A stretch of DNA of 64,000 nt from Bacteroidota bacterium (GTDB taxonomy: Bacteria > Bacteroidota > Bacteroidia > 2-12-FULL-35-15), in contig JAFLBF010000008.1 in assembly GCA_017303895.1 (NCBI GenBank), positions 8,813-72,812 on the forward strand. The letters are read 5' to 3'. The translations under genes and the position numbers were made by a program. The notes under the pieces are model-generated. The model was not told the origin of the DNA and ran no database searches. It worked only from the letters and a program-made list of their open reading frames with translations. Every line of letters starts with the position of its first letter. Positions within the stretch are counted from its first letter, which is position 1. Below are positions 1 through 9,652 of the stretch, one piece after another.

Positions 1-596
1 TCGCCCATTCCAATGATCCCGCCTGAACATACAGATACTTTTGCTTTTCTTACATTCTTAATGGTATCTAAACGATCATCGTAATTACGGGTCGTAATGA
101 TCTTTTTATAACTTTCTTCAGATGTATCTAAGTTATGATTATAAGCATACAATCCTGCATCTGCAAGCTTTTGAGCCTGACTTTCAGTTAGCATTCCTAA
201 TGTACAGCACACTTCCATCCCTTTGGCATTCACGACCTTCACCATTTCCAACACTCGATCAAAATCACGATTATCACGAACTTCGCGCCATGCTGCACCC
301 ATACATAAACGAGATGCTCCACCCTCTTTGGCTTTATCTGCAGCCTCACTTACTTCGTTTACGGTCATTAATTTATGTACTTCAATTCCGGTATTGTATC
401 TAGCTGCTTGAGGGCAATAACTGCAATCCTCCGCACATCCTCCTGTTTTGATCGATAATAACGAACTTACCTGCACTTCATTTGCATCATTAAATTCACG
501 ATGAATTGATTGTGCTTTGTACACTAGTTCTAATAATGGTGTATTATAAACATCTAAAATTTCTTCTACTGTCCAGTTATTTTTGATCGTTGTCAT
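1..596 (-). CDS. bioB: Biotin synthase BioB, N-terminal about 198 aa. The gene continues past the window start and its start codon is the ATG at 594-596 (revcomp).
   Basis: My own minus-strand translation gives [17 protein letters not shown]...[19 protein letters not shown]...[28 protein letters not shown]. This carries the radical-SAM CxxxCxxC motif and conserved BioB blocks. It is absent from the ORF track because it is truncated by the window edge. Confidence 0.85.
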   Translation of the reverse strand, partial: MTTIKNNWTVEEILDVYNTPLLELVYKAQSIHREFNDANEVQVSSLLSIKTGGCAEDCSYCPQAARYNTGIEVHKLMTVNEVSEAADKAKEGGASRLCMGAAWREVRDNRDFDRVLEMVKVVNAKGMEVCCTLGMLTESQAQKLADAGLYAYNHNLDTSEESYKKIITTRNYDDRLDTIKNVRKAKVSVCSGGIIGMG

Positions 597-680
597 ATCT
601 TTTTCTATTTGATACAAATATAAGGCTTATCTATTGAAAGACAAATTGAACAAACATTGATTTTTGAAAGTAAAAATTGC

Positions 681-1178
681 TTAGGCTCTTGGTCCCAACT
701 CAATAACTTCCAGATCTTTGATCTTATCCGCATCTATCGTGAAACGAACCATTGTTTTAACTTTATGAAAACCATGAATTCCTGCTGCTCCGGGGTTGAT
801 GTGCAAAAGACCATATTTTTTATCGTACATCACCTTTAAAATGTGTGAATGACCGCAAATAAAAAGTTTGGGGGCCGATCTTTTTATCTCAATTAAAGCA
901 TCCTGCGAATAGCGATCGGGATATCCGCCAATATGTGTCATGAACACATCCACTCCTTCGCACATAAATCGCTGATTTTTAGGATGTACCTTTCTTACAT
1001 CTGTTCCATCTATATTCCCATAAACAGCTATAAGTGGCTTTATTTTAGAGAGTTGATCGGTTATGGATATTGTTCCGATATCACCGGCATGCCATATCTG
1101 ATCACAAGACTCAAAATATTTGAACATCTTGGGCTCCAAAAAATTGTGTGTATCTGATAAAAGGGCGATCCGCTGCAT
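681..1178 (-). CDS. Metallophosphoesterase, YfcE/MJ0936-family phosphodiesterase
   Basis: 165-aa ORF with the metallophosphatase motifs LSDTHN (DxH), WHAGDIG (GD), VYGNIDG (GNxD) and ICGHSH (GH). Confidence 0.75.
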   Translation of the reverse strand: MQRIALLSDTHNFLEPKMFKYFESCDQIWHAGDIGTISITDQLSKIKPLIAVYGNIDGTDVRKVHPKNQRFMCEGVDVFMTHIGGYPDRYSQDALIEIKRSAPKLFICGHSHILKVMYDKKYGLLHINPGAAGIHGFHKVKTMVRFTIDADKIKDLEVIELGPRA

Positions 1179-1188
1179 GGTGCAATAA

Positions 1189-1224
1189 TAAAAAAAATGC
1201 CTTTTGTGGAAACAAAAGGCATTT
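1189..1224 (-). terminator. Putative rho-independent terminator after the adhesin gene (minus strand)
   Basis: Inverted repeat ATGCCTTTTG (1197-1206) / CAAAAGGCAT (1213-1222) with a 6-nt loop. The A-run at 1189-1196 on the plus strand becomes a U-tract after the hairpin on the minus-strand transcript. It lies between the adhesin stop (1243) and the phosphoesterase start (1178). Confidence 0.5.
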
Positions 1225-1242
1225 TATAAATACAAACAATCA

Positions 1243-4200
1243 TTATTTGATAATCGTTACATGACCGATATACTGGCGTGTTTCACCGATCACATCTTTT
1301 GTGATGATAATATAAACATATACATCATTTGGACACATCTCCGATTTTCCTTTCGCTTTTCCATCCCAACCTTGATTGATATCCGTGGTCTCAAAAATCT
1401 GTCCACCCCAACGATCGAAAATTCTCATTGAAAATTCTGCAATGTTTTCCCCTTTTGGAGCAAAAACATCGTTTATTCCACCACTACCTGTTGGGCTAAA
1501 TGCATTCGGAATGTAAAGTGTATAATCAGGTTTCACTTCTAAACATTCAGTAATTGTATCGAAACATGTTCCTTGGTTGCTAACCAATAGTGTAACACAA
1601 TATTCTCCTACATCTGAATACGCATGATCCGGAGAAGAGAAAGTAGTTGTATTGGAATTAGGATTGTTTAAATCGTCACCAAAATTCCAGTTCCAGGACG
1701 TAGTATTTGTTGAGGTACTGGTAAATGAAACGGTTGGAGCTGAAATAGAGATTGGATCAGGACTATACACAAAACTAGCCTGTGGAATCGCTATCACTTC
1801 TATCATATCATTCTGAACTGCTGAGCCTACACAGCCGTTAGCATCTGTTGCAGTTAACTGAACATCATAAAAACCAGGAGTTTCAAAACAGTTAGAAGGA
1901 GATTGCACCGAAGCTCCGCCATTCCCAAAGTTCCATGTCCAAGCTATAATACTCGTAGAAGAAGTTGTTTGATCAGTGAAATTCACACACAATGTTGAAC
2001 ATCCGGATGTTGTATTCGCAGAAAATGCAACTACTGGTGATTGATTTACTGTTATTGTTACAGTTTCTGTAGCAGGAGTTGCAGTACATCCATCATTCAC
2101 GGTAACAGTATAAGTAGTAGTTACAGAAGGAGTAACAGTGATCGATGAAGTAGTTAGATTACCAGGCATCCAATTGTATGTGTATGTTCCATCGCCACCA
2201 CCTGCAGTTGCTGAAACTGCGATAGAGCCTCCGGCACATACACTTCCATTTGCACTTGTTACGACAGTTAATGGAGGATTCACCGTAACCGTTACTGTTT
2301 GCTGATTAGATACACATCCATTCGCATCGGTAGCTGTAACCGAATAAGAAGTAGTGGTAGCAGGTGAAACAACGTTTGATTGTCCTGTGAAAGTAGGTGT
2401 CCAATTAAATGTATATGGTGAAGTTCCTCCTACAGCAAAAGCTGTAAGTGTTGCACTTTGACCAACACAAATGGTAACCGGTGGCATTGCATCCACCAAG
2501 AGTGCTTGTGGCTGCGTGATAACGACAGTAGTTGTAACACTACATCCGTTGGTATCAGTAATAATGCAAGTATAAGTTCCTGCACACAAATTACTAATAC
2601 TATCAGTCGTCTGACCATTCGACCATGCATAAGTATATGGAAGTGATCCGCCAGTTACAGTAACAGCTGCTGTTCCATCACAAGCAGCATTACAAGTTAC
2701 ATTGCTAAATGAACTTGTAACAACCATGGATACTGGTTCTGTAACAGTAGCAACTTGCTGTATTGAACAACCAACAACATCTGTTACCGTCAATGAATAT
2801 GTTCCCGCGCATACAGCAGAAATATTTGGTGTATTCGAACCATTCGTCCATGAATAAGTATAAGGTGAAATTCCATCTGTAACGGAAGAGGCAACCGATC
2901 CATTGCAAGCACCGGCACAAGTAACATCTGTTTCAGTAAGTGTTAATGCCATCGGAGTGCTGACAGTTATAGTTAAAGTATCTGCTCCACCACAACCAAT
3001 AGCATCTGAAACATTTACAAAATAGGTTGTTGTTGCTGTTGGATTAACAACTGTACTTGCACTAGTTGCAAACCCTGGATTAGCAGCTGTTCCCCATGAA
3101 TATGAGTATCCGGCACCCAAAGGACTATTTACATTTAGTGTATAACTGGATCCAGAACAGATGCTATCATTCAGTCCTGCATCAACAGCTATACTTGGAG
3201 TAACAGTTACTGTTACAGCTATTCTTGGTCCGATACAACCTGCATTTGTACTTTGAACATAATAAGTAGTTGTTGCAGTTAAAACCGGAGTTGAATATGC
3301 TGCTGTATTAGCCAATAAAGTTCCACCGGTTGGGGCATCGTACCACTCATAATTTGGTCCCGGTGCTGTAGCCGTTAATGTTACAGATGTTCCAAAGCAA
3401 ATGGAAACTCCCGGACAAGTTGGTGCAACAGGCACAGCATTAACAACAATAGAAACTGTTGCCGGATTACTTGTACATCCACCAACGGTAACTGTCAAAG
3501 AGTAAGTGCCACTATTAGCGACAGTAGCATTGGTGATAGCCGGTGGATTTCTAACTCCGGCCGTATAACCGTTAGGTCCAGTCCAAGCATACGTTGCTCC
3601 TGCAATGTTATTTGCTGTAAGTGTTATAGTTCCCCCTTCACAAATTGCAGCAGGTGTAGCGCTTGCATTGATCATTGGAATTGGAGGATTGGGTGTATTA
3701 TTAATAATAGCGGTAGATGTAGCTGCAGGACTTGTACAACCATTGACTGTAACAGTAACGGCATAATTTCCGGTTGCAGCAGTAGTAACTGGAGAAATAG
3801 TTGGATTTTGTTGATTAGATGTAAATCCACCTGGTCCGGTCCAGCTATAAGTAGCTCCGGCAACAAGCGGAGCAGATAAATTCAATGCTGTACCAGAACA
3901 AACCGGTCCGTTATTCGTTGGGGTAACGGCTGAAGGAATAGGATTTACAACAACAGTTGTTGTAGCGGTACAACTTGCACAAGATGCTGCTTGTGTAACT
4001 GTAACAGTGTAAGTTCCTGCTGCAGCAACTGTAGATGATGGAATAGTTGGATTTTGTAATGTTGATGTAAATCCATTCGGTCCGGTCCATGAATATGTTC
4101 CACCTGTAACAGTACCTGCAGTTAAATTAATTGTTGCTCCGGCACAAACAGGTCCATTGTTGGAAGCTGTAGCAGAACAAGGTGTACAGTTATTTTGGTT

Positions 4201-5112
4201 GACCACAACTGTATCAGTTCCAAATCCGGACACACAAGTTCCCGTACTGGAAACCTGAGCGTAATAAGAAGTAGAAGGTTGGCAGCTTGGAGGTGTAACT
4301 GTTATTGAAGTCCCGGTACCAACTAATGTATTACCAGGTAAGATGTACCAATTAACAGTACTAGTAGCAGGACCGCTTGGTGTGAAACGTCTTCCTTCGT
4401 TAGAAGCAGTCCATTGCGTATTATTTCTTCCGGGAACAACAACAGCTATTGTACCTGTTGGATCATGTAAACCATGAACGGCATTCCCACTGTTCCATGT
4501 AGTACATAAAGACTTATTTAGAATATGAGTTTCTATAATATTGGTGCCTTCATAAATTTTTATCTGACTGGAATATAACTGACCGGTACATGAAAACATT
4601 GGTACATTATTCCATGATACCACCAGGCGCCTGTTGGGAGCAGTACCATATACGGCATACGTAACGGTTCCGCCAACTCCCGGATTGATATCCTGCCAAG
4701 CTCCCATAATTGTATTCATTGGTGCTGTACCAGTGTTATTGGGTATTGTTGTTGTTACCCATGTAGAGGTTTGCCCGGCACTAAAACCAATCCAGTTGTT
4801 AGAGCCGATGATAAATTGAGTGTAAGTTTGTCCGAAATAGCAAAAATTGAAGCCTATTGGCAACATTCCGGTTTGAGTATCATCCGTAAGCGAAACAGAT
4901 GTACCTGTAAAAGGATCCGGAGCATAAGGAATCGTACTGATAGAATAATTAGTTGTAGCTGTCACAACAGGGCCCGAATAGGTAGCATTAAGTGTGGCAG
5001 TTGCACCAAAACAAATATTAGAAACCTCAGGGGTTGCGTCAACCGTTTGAGCCTTGAGACTAGTATTCAACAAACCTATGCCCCCAACTATATATATAAC
5101 TATTCTTTTCAT
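1243..5112 (-). CDS. Large secreted SprB-repeat/PKD-domain adhesin-like protein with a gliding-motility (CHU_C / T9SS-type) C-terminal sorting domain
   Basis: 1289 aa. Signal peptide MKRIVIYIVGGIGLLNTSLKAQ. Thr/Val-rich beta-strand repeats (TYTVTVT, TVTVTV). Three Ig-like repeats with an xSWTGPNGFTSxxQNPTI core. SprB-type repeats (TCxxACxGS...PYTYSWTNGS; PYTYAWSNGQTTDSI). Two PKD-like modules (WNFGNGG..., WNWNFGDD...). The C-terminus (...LYIPNAFSPTGSGGINDVFAPKG...RIFDRWGGQIFETTD...) is typical of the gliding-motility C-terminal domain. Confidence 0.8.
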   Translation of the reverse strand: MKRIVIYIVGGIGLLNTSLKAQTVDATPEVSNICFGATATLNATYSGPVVTATTNYSISTIPYAPDPFTGTSVSLTDDTQTGMLPIGFNFCYFGQTYTQFIIGSNNWIGFSAGQTSTWVTTTIPNNTGTAPMNTIMGAWQDINPGVGGTVTYAVYGTAPNRRLVVSWNNVPMFSCTGQLYSSQIKIYEGTNIIETHILNKSLCTTWNSGNAVHGLHDPTGTIAVVVPGRNNTQWTASNEGRRFTPSGPATSTVNWYILPGNTLVGTGTSITVTPPSCQPSTSYYAQVSSTGTCVSGFGTDTVVVNQNNCTPCSATASNNGPVCAGATINLTAGTVTGGTYSWTGPNGFTSTLQNPTIPSSTVAAAGTYTVTVTQAASCASCTATTTVVVNPIPSAVTPTNNGPVCSGTALNLSAPLVAGATYSWTGPGGFTSNQQNPTISPVTTAATGNYAVTVTVNGCTSPAATSTAIINNTPNPPIPMINASATPAAICEGGTITLTANNIAGATYAWTGPNGYTAGVRNPPAITNATVANSGTYSLTVTVGGCTSNPATVSIVVNAVPVAPTCPGVSICFGTSVTLTATAPGPNYEWYDAPTGGTLLANTAAYSTPVLTATTTYYVQSTNAGCIGPRIAVTVTVTPSIAVDAGLNDSICSGSSYTLNVNSPLGAGYSYSWGTAANPGFATSASTVVNPTATTTYFVNVSDAIGCGGADTLTITVSTPMALTLTETDVTCAGACNGSVASSVTDGISPYTYSWTNGSNTPNISAVCAGTYSLTVTDVVGCSIQQVATVTEPVSMVVTSSFSNVTCNAACDGTAAVTVTGGSLPYTYAWSNGQTTDSISNLCAGTYTCIITDTNGCSVTTTVVITQPQALLVDAMPPVTICVGQSATLTAFAVGGTSPYTFNWTPTFTGQSNVVSPATTTSYSVTATDANGCVSNQQTVTVTVNPPLTVVTSANGSVCAGGSIAVSATAGGGDGTYTYNWMPGNLTTSSITVTPSVTTTYTVTVNDGCTATPATETVTITVNQSPVVAFSANTTSGCSTLCVNFTDQTTSSTSIIAWTWNFGNGGASVQSPSNCFETPGFYDVQLTATDANGCVGSAVQNDMIEVIAIPQASFVYSPDPISISAPTVSFTSTSTNTTSWNWNFGDDLNNPNSNTTTFSSPDHAYSDVGEYCVTLLVSNQGTCFDTITECLEVKPDYTLYIPNAFSPTGSGGINDVFAPKGENIAEFSMRIFDRWGGQIFETTDINQGWDGKAKGKSEMCPNDVYVYIIITKDVIGETRQYIGHVTIIK
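3433..4185 (-). repeat. Three tandem about 82-87-aa Ig-like repeats inside the adhesin CDS (aa about 310-560)
   Basis: Repeated cores GTYSWTGPNGFTSTLQNPTI, ATYSWTGPGGFTSNQQNPTI and ATYAWTGPNGYTAGVRNPPAI. Each is preceded by NGPVC.G / AAICEGG and followed by TYTVTVT-type strands. Coordinates are derived from amino-acid positions and are approximate to within 10 nt. Confidence 0.6.
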
Positions 5113-5271
5113 TTACAGCGCTTTAGAGTAGAAAATGTACAAAAATGATATGCACACTATTATAGACACAAAAGTACAACCAAAAGTTGCATTAATTGTT
5201 CACTTTAGTCAAAAAATCAGACGAACTTAAAACCTACCCGACAAACAGGCTATATGGGGAGATGAAACAGA

Positions 5272-6033
5272 TCAAATTTTTTCAATCGTGGAGTACTTTA
5301 ACCAACCGGCATTTCCATTTGCAATTTTTATCTCCAACCAATCATTTTCCTGTTGTTGAAGAATATCCACCTTTGTTCCTTCATGCAATTGAAATAATTT
5401 GGAGGCCTTCTCTGAGGGAGCAGATAAAACAGGAACTGAGGGGGATAAAATGATCGCTTGTGACTGTTGAGTTGATAGCGTGTAACTTACTCGAGAAAAG
5501 TAAAAAGAAAATAGCGTTAAGATCAAAACCAAAGCCGCTCCAAAAAATCCGATCTGTTTAAATGCTCTTTTAGAAGAAATAAAGAACATAAACAAAAGAA
5601 ATAAAAACAGAATAAAAAGAGTGATCGTTAAAATACTCCAAGTCGTTTCAGACATTATATCCACTACTCCCTTTTGCCATTGACTTAAGAACATTTCAGG
5701 GACCTTTTCAATCTTATCCTCTGTTCGCTGATTGGCATATTTTAAATTATATCTCAAATCCTCGTCTTCAGGCTTTATTTTTTTAGCCCGCTCATAATTC
5801 AAAATAGCTTTCCCGAGATCGTTGTTTTTAAAGTAAGCGTTGCCCAAATTAAAATACAATTCAAAGGACGCATTACCCGTTTCCAGAATAGCAACGTAAC
5901 TTTCGATAGATTTTACATAATCTCCTTTAGCATAAGCATCGTTACCCGCCTTAAAAAGCTCATCGTTCGTTAAGGAAAATGCATTTCCAGAAAGAATTGA
6001 AAAAACAATCAAAAATAATTTAACGGATCTCAT
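5272..6033 (-). CDS. batE: BatE-like TPR-repeat membrane protein with C-terminal SH3-like domain (aerotolerance operon)
   Basis: 253 aa. Signal peptide. TPR-like repeats (AYAKGDYVKSIESYVAIL; YFNLGNAYFKNNDLGKAILNYERA). Central TM segment (ILTITLFILFLFLLFMFFI). C-terminal SH3-like end. It is the last gene of the Bat operon and overlaps batD by 14 bp. Confidence 0.65.
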   Translation of the reverse strand: MRSVKLFLIVFSILSGNAFSLTNDELFKAGNDAYAKGDYVKSIESYVAILETGNASFELYFNLGNAYFKNNDLGKAILNYERAKKIKPEDEDLRYNLKYANQRTEDKIEKVPEMFLSQWQKGVVDIMSETTWSILTITLFILFLFLLFMFFISSKRAFKQIGFFGAALVLILTLFSFYFSRVSYTLSTQQSQAIILSPSVPVLSAPSEKASKLFQLHEGTKVDILQQQENDWLEIKIANGNAGWLKYSTIEKI

Positions 6034-7840
6034 CTTCTATCTTTGTTATTAGTTCAACTGTACTTTGATAAACCTGAGGCAGATCGGCTGAAACAGCTGC
6101 CGGAGCATATCTGGCAAACTCACAACTATTGATCAATTCTAACAATTGCACAATGCTTGCCATCGAAACACTTCTTTTTGCCAGCTCTTCTTGTATTCGA
6201 TCTTTATTCAAGGAAGCATGATCAATATTCAATTTATCGCAAACATAGCCCTGAATAGCTTGCAACGTTTCGGCATAGAACAGCTCTTTATTATTTAACT
6301 TCAAATACTTCTCTGCAATAGCTAATTTCTTTTTAGCCAACTTCGTAGCTTTTTTACTTTTTACTGCTACTATATTCTTATTTAATTCCAACTGTTTTTT
6401 ATAATACCACAAAGTTCCAGCAAATAGGGAAAATGGAATGATCAAGCATAAATAAAATATGACTGAGCCAAAAAAATGCGTTTCTAATGGTTTAAATTCT
6501 GAATTATTTATTTTGATGTACTTAATATCTTCACCGAGGATCTTAACGTCATTCTTATCTGTAGGATTAAACACACTGGCTTTGGCAGCTGACGCATCTC
6601 CCTTTTCAACATGTATCAACAATTCGGGAGAAGGAATGCTAACATATTCTTTTTTATCTGCATTAAAATAGGTGAATTGGATCTGGTCGATCTTATAATC
6701 GCCTTCATAACGGGGAATCAAAACATAATCAAACGTTTTTGAACCACTTACTCCTCCTCCATTTACAACAATGTTTTCATTTTCCTTTGGATCGTACACT
6801 TCAAAGTCATCTGGAAATGATAGCTCCGGAGCGTCAACAAGCTTAATATTGCCTTTTCCTGTTAGCGTTATCTTTAAATTAACTGCCTCATTGGCTTTTA
6901 CTTTATCCTTACTCAACTGAACTTTATATGAAAAATCACCAACGGCACCATTAAAACTTTTTGGCTTGTTGGCATCCGGTAAGGCCTGAACATCTATTTG
7001 TACAACTTTACTTTTAACAGAATAAACAGCATCTTCATAACCTCCACCAAAAAATTGCTCAAAAATATCACGCGGCTGGCGATTCGATTTCTTTCTTACT
7101 ACCAACTCTGCCTCCATTGGCGGAATCTCGATCTTTCCTGTTCGTTGAGGAAACAAAAATGAATGTTTTAATTCAGCAACCTGGTAATTTACACCATCTA
7201 AATTTTCATTCGTTACCTGTACCTGCTGATTGTTCATTGGAACATCCATTGAATAGAACCCATTAAAATCAGGGAATTTAATATCCTGAAAACCTCTTAA
7301 CTGATAACGGGTATAAACTTTATAAACAACAGATATTTGCTCTCCAACCACAGCCTTTGTTTTATTTACAGTTGCCCTTATGAACAAATTATCAGAAACA
7401 TTTTCAGATGGAGCCGTGTTATTTGCATTACCTTGATTAGAGGAGTTAGGGTAATTATTGCTCCCTTTTACAACATCAAATGTTAGAGAATTGGATTGGA
7501 TCGTTTTACCATCAACATTAACCGTTGCTGGTCCGATGGTTATTTTCCCTTCCTTTTTGGCTGCAATTACATAGGAAAGGGTTACCGACTGACTCATGGC
7601 GCCATTTACAAAAGACATGCTTGTGCTTTGATTCGGACCCGAATACACATCAAAGTCTTTTAAAGCAGGCACCTTAAAGTTGGAACCGCTTGTATTTAAG
7701 GTATATGAAATTTGAAATGCTTCACCAACAGCTACAGTTGTTTTGCTGGCTTGTGCAACAAACTTCTGGGCCATTACAGAAGTAATAGCTGAAAGTAATA
7801 AAACAAATAGGATCTTGATCTTTTTCATTTGCTTTACCAA
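6020..7840 (-). CDS. batD: BatD-like oxygen-tolerance protein
   Basis: 606 aa. Signal peptide MKKIKILFVLLLSAITSVMAQ, a large extracytoplasmic domain and a single TM near the C-terminus (FFGSVIFYLCLIIPFSLFAGTLWYY). Position in the operon also supports the call. Confidence 0.7.
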   Translation of the reverse strand: MVKQMKKIKILFVLLLSAITSVMAQKFVAQASKTTVAVGEAFQISYTLNTSGSNFKVPALKDFDVYSGPNQSTSMSFVNGAMSQSVTLSYVIAAKKEGKITIGPATVNVDGKTIQSNSLTFDVVKGSNNYPNSSNQGNANNTAPSENVSDNLFIRATVNKTKAVVGEQISVVYKVYTRYQLRGFQDIKFPDFNGFYSMDVPMNNQQVQVTNENLDGVNYQVAELKHSFLFPQRTGKIEIPPMEAELVVRKKSNRQPRDIFEQFFGGGYEDAVYSVKSKVVQIDVQALPDANKPKSFNGAVGDFSYKVQLSKDKVKANEAVNLKITLTGKGNIKLVDAPELSFPDDFEVYDPKENENIVVNGGGVSGSKTFDYVLIPRYEGDYKIDQIQFTYFNADKKEYVSIPSPELLIHVEKGDASAAKASVFNPTDKNDVKILGEDIKYIKINNSEFKPLETHFFGSVIFYLCLIIPFSLFAGTLWYYKKQLELNKNIVAVKSKKATKLAKKKLAIAEKYLKLNNKELFYAETLQAIQGYVCDKLNIDHASLNKDRIQEELAKRSVSMASIVQLLELINSCEFARYAPAAVSADLPQVYQSTVELITKIEDEIR

Positions 7841-8601
7841 TCTTTTTCGACTTCTACTCTTGAACCTTTTACTTTTTTAGCTTTTTTCTTCTCTTGCAAT
7901 TTGCGTTCATCATTCTGCAAAGCTTCTAACAAACGCTCTGCATCCTCCTTGGATATTTGATTCTTCTGCTGATCAGTTTTTTGATCATTTTTCTCCTGAT
8001 CTTTCTTTTTATCGTCCTCTTTCTTGTCTTCCTTCTTATCTTTCTTATCCTTGTTCTCTTTATCGTCTTTATTCTTCTCGTCCTTTTCCTTGTCCTTATT
8101 TTGATCGTTCTTCTTTTGTTGATTTTGCTGTTGCTTTAAATATTGCTGAGCATAGGCCAGGTTGTATCGTGTATCCTCATCCTTCGGATCATTCTTTAAC
8201 GCTTGTTTGTAGGCATCTACAGCTTCCTGATATTTTTTCGCTTTCAAAAATGTATTGCCCAAATTGTGATAGGCCTTTGCCAATGTATCTTTTGAAGTAG
8301 CTTTATGAGTTAATGCTTGAAATTGCCCGGCAGCTTCTTCATACTTTCCTTGTTGATAATACGCATCTCCAAGGTTAAAAGCAGCTTTGTAGGAATCCTT
8401 ATTTTTAGTCAAAGCTGTTGAATATTGCTTTTCGGCTTCGGTATAATTTTTATTTCCATAAAACGTATTGCCGTCATAAATATGCTTCTTCTCCTTTTGT
8501 GCCCACAACGAAAAAGGCATCAATAGAGCCGAAAGCAATGTAATTGCTCCCAATAAAACAAAATTATATTTGCTCACTCTACTTGTCATCTTTATCACCA
8601 A
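7834..8601 (-). CDS. batC: BatC-like TPR-repeat protein with a long K/D/E/Q-rich low-complexity C-terminal tail
   Basis: 255 aa. N-terminal TM/signal. Three or more TPR repeats (YKAAFNLGDAYYQQGKYEEAAGQF; AKAYHNLGNTFLKAKKYQEAVDAYKQAL). Tail ...KKNDQNKDKEKDEKNKDDKENKDKKDKKEDKKEDDKKKDQEKNDQ.... Confidence 0.65.
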   Translation of the reverse strand: MVIKMTSRVSKYNFVLLGAITLLSALLMPFSLWAQKEKKHIYDGNTFYGNKNYTEAEKQYSTALTKNKDSYKAAFNLGDAYYQQGKYEEAAGQFQALTHKATSKDTLAKAYHNLGNTFLKAKKYQEAVDAYKQALKNDPKDEDTRYNLAYAQQYLKQQQNQQKKNDQNKDKEKDEKNKDDKENKDKKDKKEDKKEDDKKKDQEKNDQKTDQQKNQISKEDAERLLEALQNDERKLQEKKKAKKVKGSRVEVEKDW

Positions 8602-9652
8602 ATAAATTCAAACGTTGATACAATTTGCTTTTTCTTTCAGTTAGCAAGGTTTCGATCAAAAGCAACACAAATGCAATGGCAATGAACCATTGAAACCTGT
8701 CTTCATAATCGCTGTACATTTTACTTTCAAATTGCTTTTTCTCCAGCTTATCAATTGCATCCAATACATTTTTTAGACCTGCATCGGAATTAGTTGCTCT
8801 AACATACACTCCACTTCCTGCTGCTGCTAATTGCTGAAGCATTGGTTCATTTAACTTTGTGACTACAGTATTTCCTTCTTTATCCTTTCGGAAACCATCC
8901 TGAATACCATTTTTATACACTGGAATTGGAGCCCCATTTTCTGATCCCATACCAATGGTATGAATACTGATGCCTTTTTCTGCAGCAGCTTCAGCAGCAC
9001 GGATAGCATCATCCTCATGATTCTCGCCATCGGTAATGATCACGATCGCTTTGTTTTTCCCTTCATCTTTCCCAAAGGATTCTAAAGCAAGATCGATCGC
9101 TTTTCCGATGGCTGTTCCTTGAGTAGGAACCATATCTGTATTGATACTCTCTAAAAACAGTTTAGCAGCAGCATAGTCGGTTGTGATTGGCAACTGAACA
9201 TAAGCCTGTCCGCCAAAAACAATGATTCCGATACGATCGCCTTCCAAACCATCGATCAATTTCGATAACGATTGTTTCGACCTTTCCAAACGATTCGGCT
9301 GAAGATCTTCTGCCTTCATACTATTGGATACATCCAAACAGATCATCAGATCAGCCCCTTTCCGTTTCACTTCTTCCAACTTAGTTCCTACTTGCGGATT
9401 TGCCATTCCATATATCAGGAACATAAATGCTACAACGTAGAAGATCCCTTTAAAAGCGCGCTTTGTTTCTGAAACATCGGGCAATAAAATATCAATGATA
9501 CGCTGCTCACCAAAGGCTGAAAGTGCCTTTTTGCGCTTTCGCACAATATACCAATAGCCCAATACCAGAAATGGTATTATGACAAAAGCATACAGCATAT
9601 ATTTATTTTCTAAATGAAACATGTTCTGATCAAGGAATACTTCTAAAAACAA
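8579..9652 (-). CDS. batB: BatB-like von Willebrand factor A domain protein
   Basis: 357 aa. N-terminal TMs. vWA MIDAS motif in LMICLDVSNSM (DxSxS). C-terminal TM. Operon position. Confidence 0.75.
   Translation of the reverse strand: MFLEVFLDQNMFHLENKYMLYAFVIIPFLVLGYWYIVRKRKKALSAFGEQRIIDILLPDVSETKRAFKGIFYVVAFMFLIYGMANPQVGTKLEEVKRKGADLMICLDVSNSMKAEDLQPNRLERSKQSLSKLIDGLEGDRIGIIVFGGQAYVQLPITTDYAAAKLFLESINTDMVPTQGTAIGKAIDLALESFGKDEGKNKAIVIITDGENHEDDAIRAAEAAAEKGISIHTIGMGSENGAPIPVYKNGIQDGFRKDKEGNTVVTKLNEPMLQQLAAAGSGVYVRATNSDAGLKNVLDAIDKLEKKQFESKMYSDYEDRFQWFIAIAFVLLLIETLLTERKSKLYQRLNLFGDKDDK

Noticed and set aside
2430-3866. Several 60-70-aa ORFs on both strands inside the adhesin gene (2430-2630, 2458-2646, 2705-2920, 3672-3866) and the 125-aa ORF at 4771-5148
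   Set aside because: All lie within or antisense to the 1289-aa adhesin CDS. They have no start context and show low-complexity Cys/His/Leu-rich translations typical of shadow ORFs.
7957-8139. 60-aa plus-strand ORF of almost pure Leu/Ile/Phe (MILLLISFLIIFLLIFLF...)
   Set aside because: It is the antisense reading of the K/D/E-rich low-complexity tail of batC, so it is a compositional artefact and not a gene.
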